NCBI GenBank assembly: GCA_030704615.1
Contig: CM060733.1
Span: 56,978,001 to 57,042,000, forward strand
Direction: 5' to 3'
Origin: Takakia lepidozioides
Lineage: Eukaryota > Plantae > Bryophyta
DNA: 64,000 nt
Shown: positions 61,675 to 64,000 of the stretch, piece after piece
Numbering within the stretch: the first letter of the stretch is position 1
How the letters are laid out: each line of letters starts with the position of its first letter
The notes under the pieces: generated by a model
What the model saw: only the letters and a program-made list of their open reading frames with translations
Told to the model about the DNA's origin: nothing
Database searches by the model: none
Translations under genes and position numbers: made by a program

Positions 61675-62150
61675 GAGGAGCAACTACGACTGCAGTTGCT
61701 GGAGCTGGACAAGCAGCTGCTTGCAGAACTGGCTATGTCACAAAGGGACATATTGGAAAATCAGACACTCATTGACTCTCTAAAAAGACCAAGGTGAAAA
61801 GCAGCAGCATTGAGGAATCTCTGCAAATTCTGACCACCTTGCAGTCCCATCTGAATGCCAACCTTGGCCAACTACCAGACCTGGGTCTCTGGACACGTTC
61901 TGGAAAGATGGGAGTGTCTGTGGGAGGACACTACTGACCCCGTTGAATATGTGAAATGTGCGCTACACAAAGCAAACGCTTTGCAGCAATACTTTGACCT
62001 TGCTAATATGGGAGGGATGGAAATACAAGGCCTGGAACTCCCCAATTTCTTTCATCCGCACACCTTCCTTAGCTCAATGAGACAACAAGCAGGATGCATT
62101 TTGACTACCACGTTTGACAATCTAAAACTGATCACCACATGGCACGATTC
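61675..62150 (+). pseudogene. Cytoplasmic dynein-2 (IFT dynein, DYNC2H1-like) heavy chain fragments, internally deleted
   Basis: EEQLRLQLLELDKQLLAELAMSQ-GDILENQTLIDSL-KTKVKSSSIEESLQ (post-AAA5 region) is joined to the C-terminal domain W..LWEDTTDPVEYV..FFHPHTFLSSMRQ..DNLKLITTW. Confidence 0.8.
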
Positions 62151-62438
62151 CCTTGTGATAGAACTGCGTAACATTCTAACAGTCAGTGTCACTGCACTCA
62201 TTTTGAGGATATATACCTTTGCACCCACACTTTTGGTGGCCTTCGAAAGACTAGCAACTGTTTTCCCCGTGCTGGTTACTTTGGTAGTCTGTTGAGCAGA
62301 AGTCAGCTTGCCAAGGATTCTCGTCACCAACTTTTTATCATATTTGGCATTTGGAAAAGCGAGCTTGATACGCTCTTCGGCCTCCTGGACAAGCAGACAA
62401 CTACTCAAACTCAGTGCAAATACAGTGAAAGGATGCAA

Positions 62439-62645
62439 AATTGACAAAGCATATATAGAGAAACAAAGACTGTCTTATAAGCCCTCCAGCTCCTGAGCAG
62501 AATTGACAAAGCACATATAGAGAAACAAAGACTGTCTTATAAGCCATCCAGCTCCTGAGCAGAAATGACAAAGCACATATAGAGAAACAAAGACTGTCTT
62601 ATAAGACCTCCAGCTCCTGAGCAGAATTGACAAAGCACATATAGA
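62439..62645. repeat. 61-bp tandem repeat (~3.3 units)
   Basis: TGACAAAGCACATATAGAGAAACAAAGACTGTCTTATAAG..CCAGCTCCTGAGCAGAA. Confidence 0.92.
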
Positions 62646-62889
62646 GTTCATGATTCCCTACAATTCAAAAACAACAAAAGAACCTTTAGTACCTGCATTG
62701 ACATGCCGTCACCAAAAAGCGTACCAAGACAAGCCTTCAAACCATTGCTGGAAACAACTTTGCTGCCCAAGCAACCCTGAACTTGCTCGTGAGATGATAG
62801 ATATGGAGCTCTTGTTGTGCCTTGGTCACTGTCCACCTTGTCAGAGCTGCTGGAAACAAGTTTGCTACCAAGGCAAGCCATTGAATTTG

Positions 62890-63450
62890 TACTGCCCAGT
62901 CCCTCACAAAAGATCTACCCACTTTCTTACCCGGGAAGTGGACAAGGATTCCGTTGTCTTCCATGCAGGATACCCTGCTCTTGAGGTCTGGCATGTCCAC
63001 CAGTATAATCTGGTGGTCCCCACTGAGGCCTTCCTGCGTGGTAATGAGGTCTTCCCCCACCAGATCGCCTTCCGTCTGATTTTGACTCTAAATCGCCTCC
63101 AACTGTTGCCTTGCAGCTGTGAACATCGGCTGAGGTTCCAGTGCAAGCTGAAGGGCTTGAGTTGGCGGTGGTGGTGGGCCCTGCATGGTGTGTGCAACTG
63201 TAGGCAGATGAGGATTCGTGGTCACTCCTGTAATCACCTGCCCCCTTCTCTCTCCAATCCCCCCGATGGATTGAGTTTGGTGTGCAAGAAAGTATCTTTG
63301 TACCGGAGGTTGGGCGGGACCTTGGCCAGAAGTGAGGACTGGTGGGCCCTGTTCGAAATCCCCTGCCACGAGCTGAGCTCTGGCCTCTCAAACTGAATCG
63401 CATGTTCCTTGGTGGAGACATCGTTCGCCGATGAGTTGTCTGCAACTATC
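62890..63450 (-). mobile_element. Possible LINE ORF1 5' fragment
   Basis: A Pro/Gln-rich leader, then MEDNGILVHFPGKKVGRSFVRDWA, loosely resembling the start of the plant L1 ORF1 DUF4283 region. Confidence 0.3.
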
Positions 63451-64000
63451 AGTTACTGAGAGTAGCCCAGCGATGGAAGCGAGTGCACTTCCGCTTGGCT
63501 TGAGAATGAGTAAGTGTTGAGCTCAGGGGCTGGCTGGCTGGGGGGCACGGGAGTTTGCCGGGCACGATGATCATTAGTTCCTACTGCTAAACCCCTTCAG
63601 GAGTTCGTCTCGACTGTGGAGCTCGCCGCTTCGGGTTGATAACTCATTAATAGAGACGGCCACTAGATAACGCTGCCGACCGTGCTAATGATGAAAGCCG
63701 TCTTTGGGATACAGGTTCCCAGGATATGAACTGAAGTATGTAGAAAAAACGCGCAATATGGGAGGCTTCCTTGTGGAGTAATCTTTGATCAGCCTGTACC
63801 TATAAATGTCATGAGTGTGCTGCAGCTGTTTTAACCCTGGGTTCTTTGGATGAGTTGGATGCTGCAGGGGTTTTGCGAATAATACTGTAAATCAAATTGT
63901 AAGTTATATGAATGAAGAGCTAACAGCATGGAGAACCTGAATACCAAAAGTAAAATCACCCTGCTGCACTGCAAACTAAGAATATGGGGAGGACGAGGGG

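Noticed and set aside
62650-63396. 248-aa plus-strand ORF
   Set aside because: No recognisable domain; it spans a local duplication and is probably the antisense shadow of a minus-strand TE fragment.

Overview
Eukaryotic, TE-dominated window, most likely from a non-seed land plant with flagellated sperm (fern, lycophyte or bryophyte). This is inferred from remnants of a PLS-class PPR gene, a microbial-type terpene synthase and a cytoplasmic dynein-2 heavy chain. I see no intact host gene. Recognisable elements: an RNase H-bearing LINE remnant; a TIR-bounded degenerate piggyBac-like element (1736-5724); two back-to-back Ty3/gypsy fragments; a full-length Ty1/copia with paired LTRs and GGCAT TSD (19560-24647); a mosaic of direct, inverted and tandem duplications (7.5-8.4 kb and 26-35 kb); a truncated DUF659-type hAT; and two zones of host-gene fragments (C2/SMP protein, HNH-like protein, RCC1, MTPSL; PPR, NFD4, dynein-2). 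The standout is a ~12.5 kb region (about 40.1-52.6 kb) that looks like one composite DNA transposon. It holds a Mutator-like transposase (GCM/WRKY-like Zn domain + DDE + SWIM), a RING-H2 ORF, and a divergently transcribed spliced gene fusing a ParB/Srx-like domain to a beta-class N4C/N6A DNA methyltransferase-like domain. That gene's first intron carries an array of CGCCGGCG-centred palindromes. All copies here are frameshifted, and all domain calls are by-eye motif recognition, not database searches.
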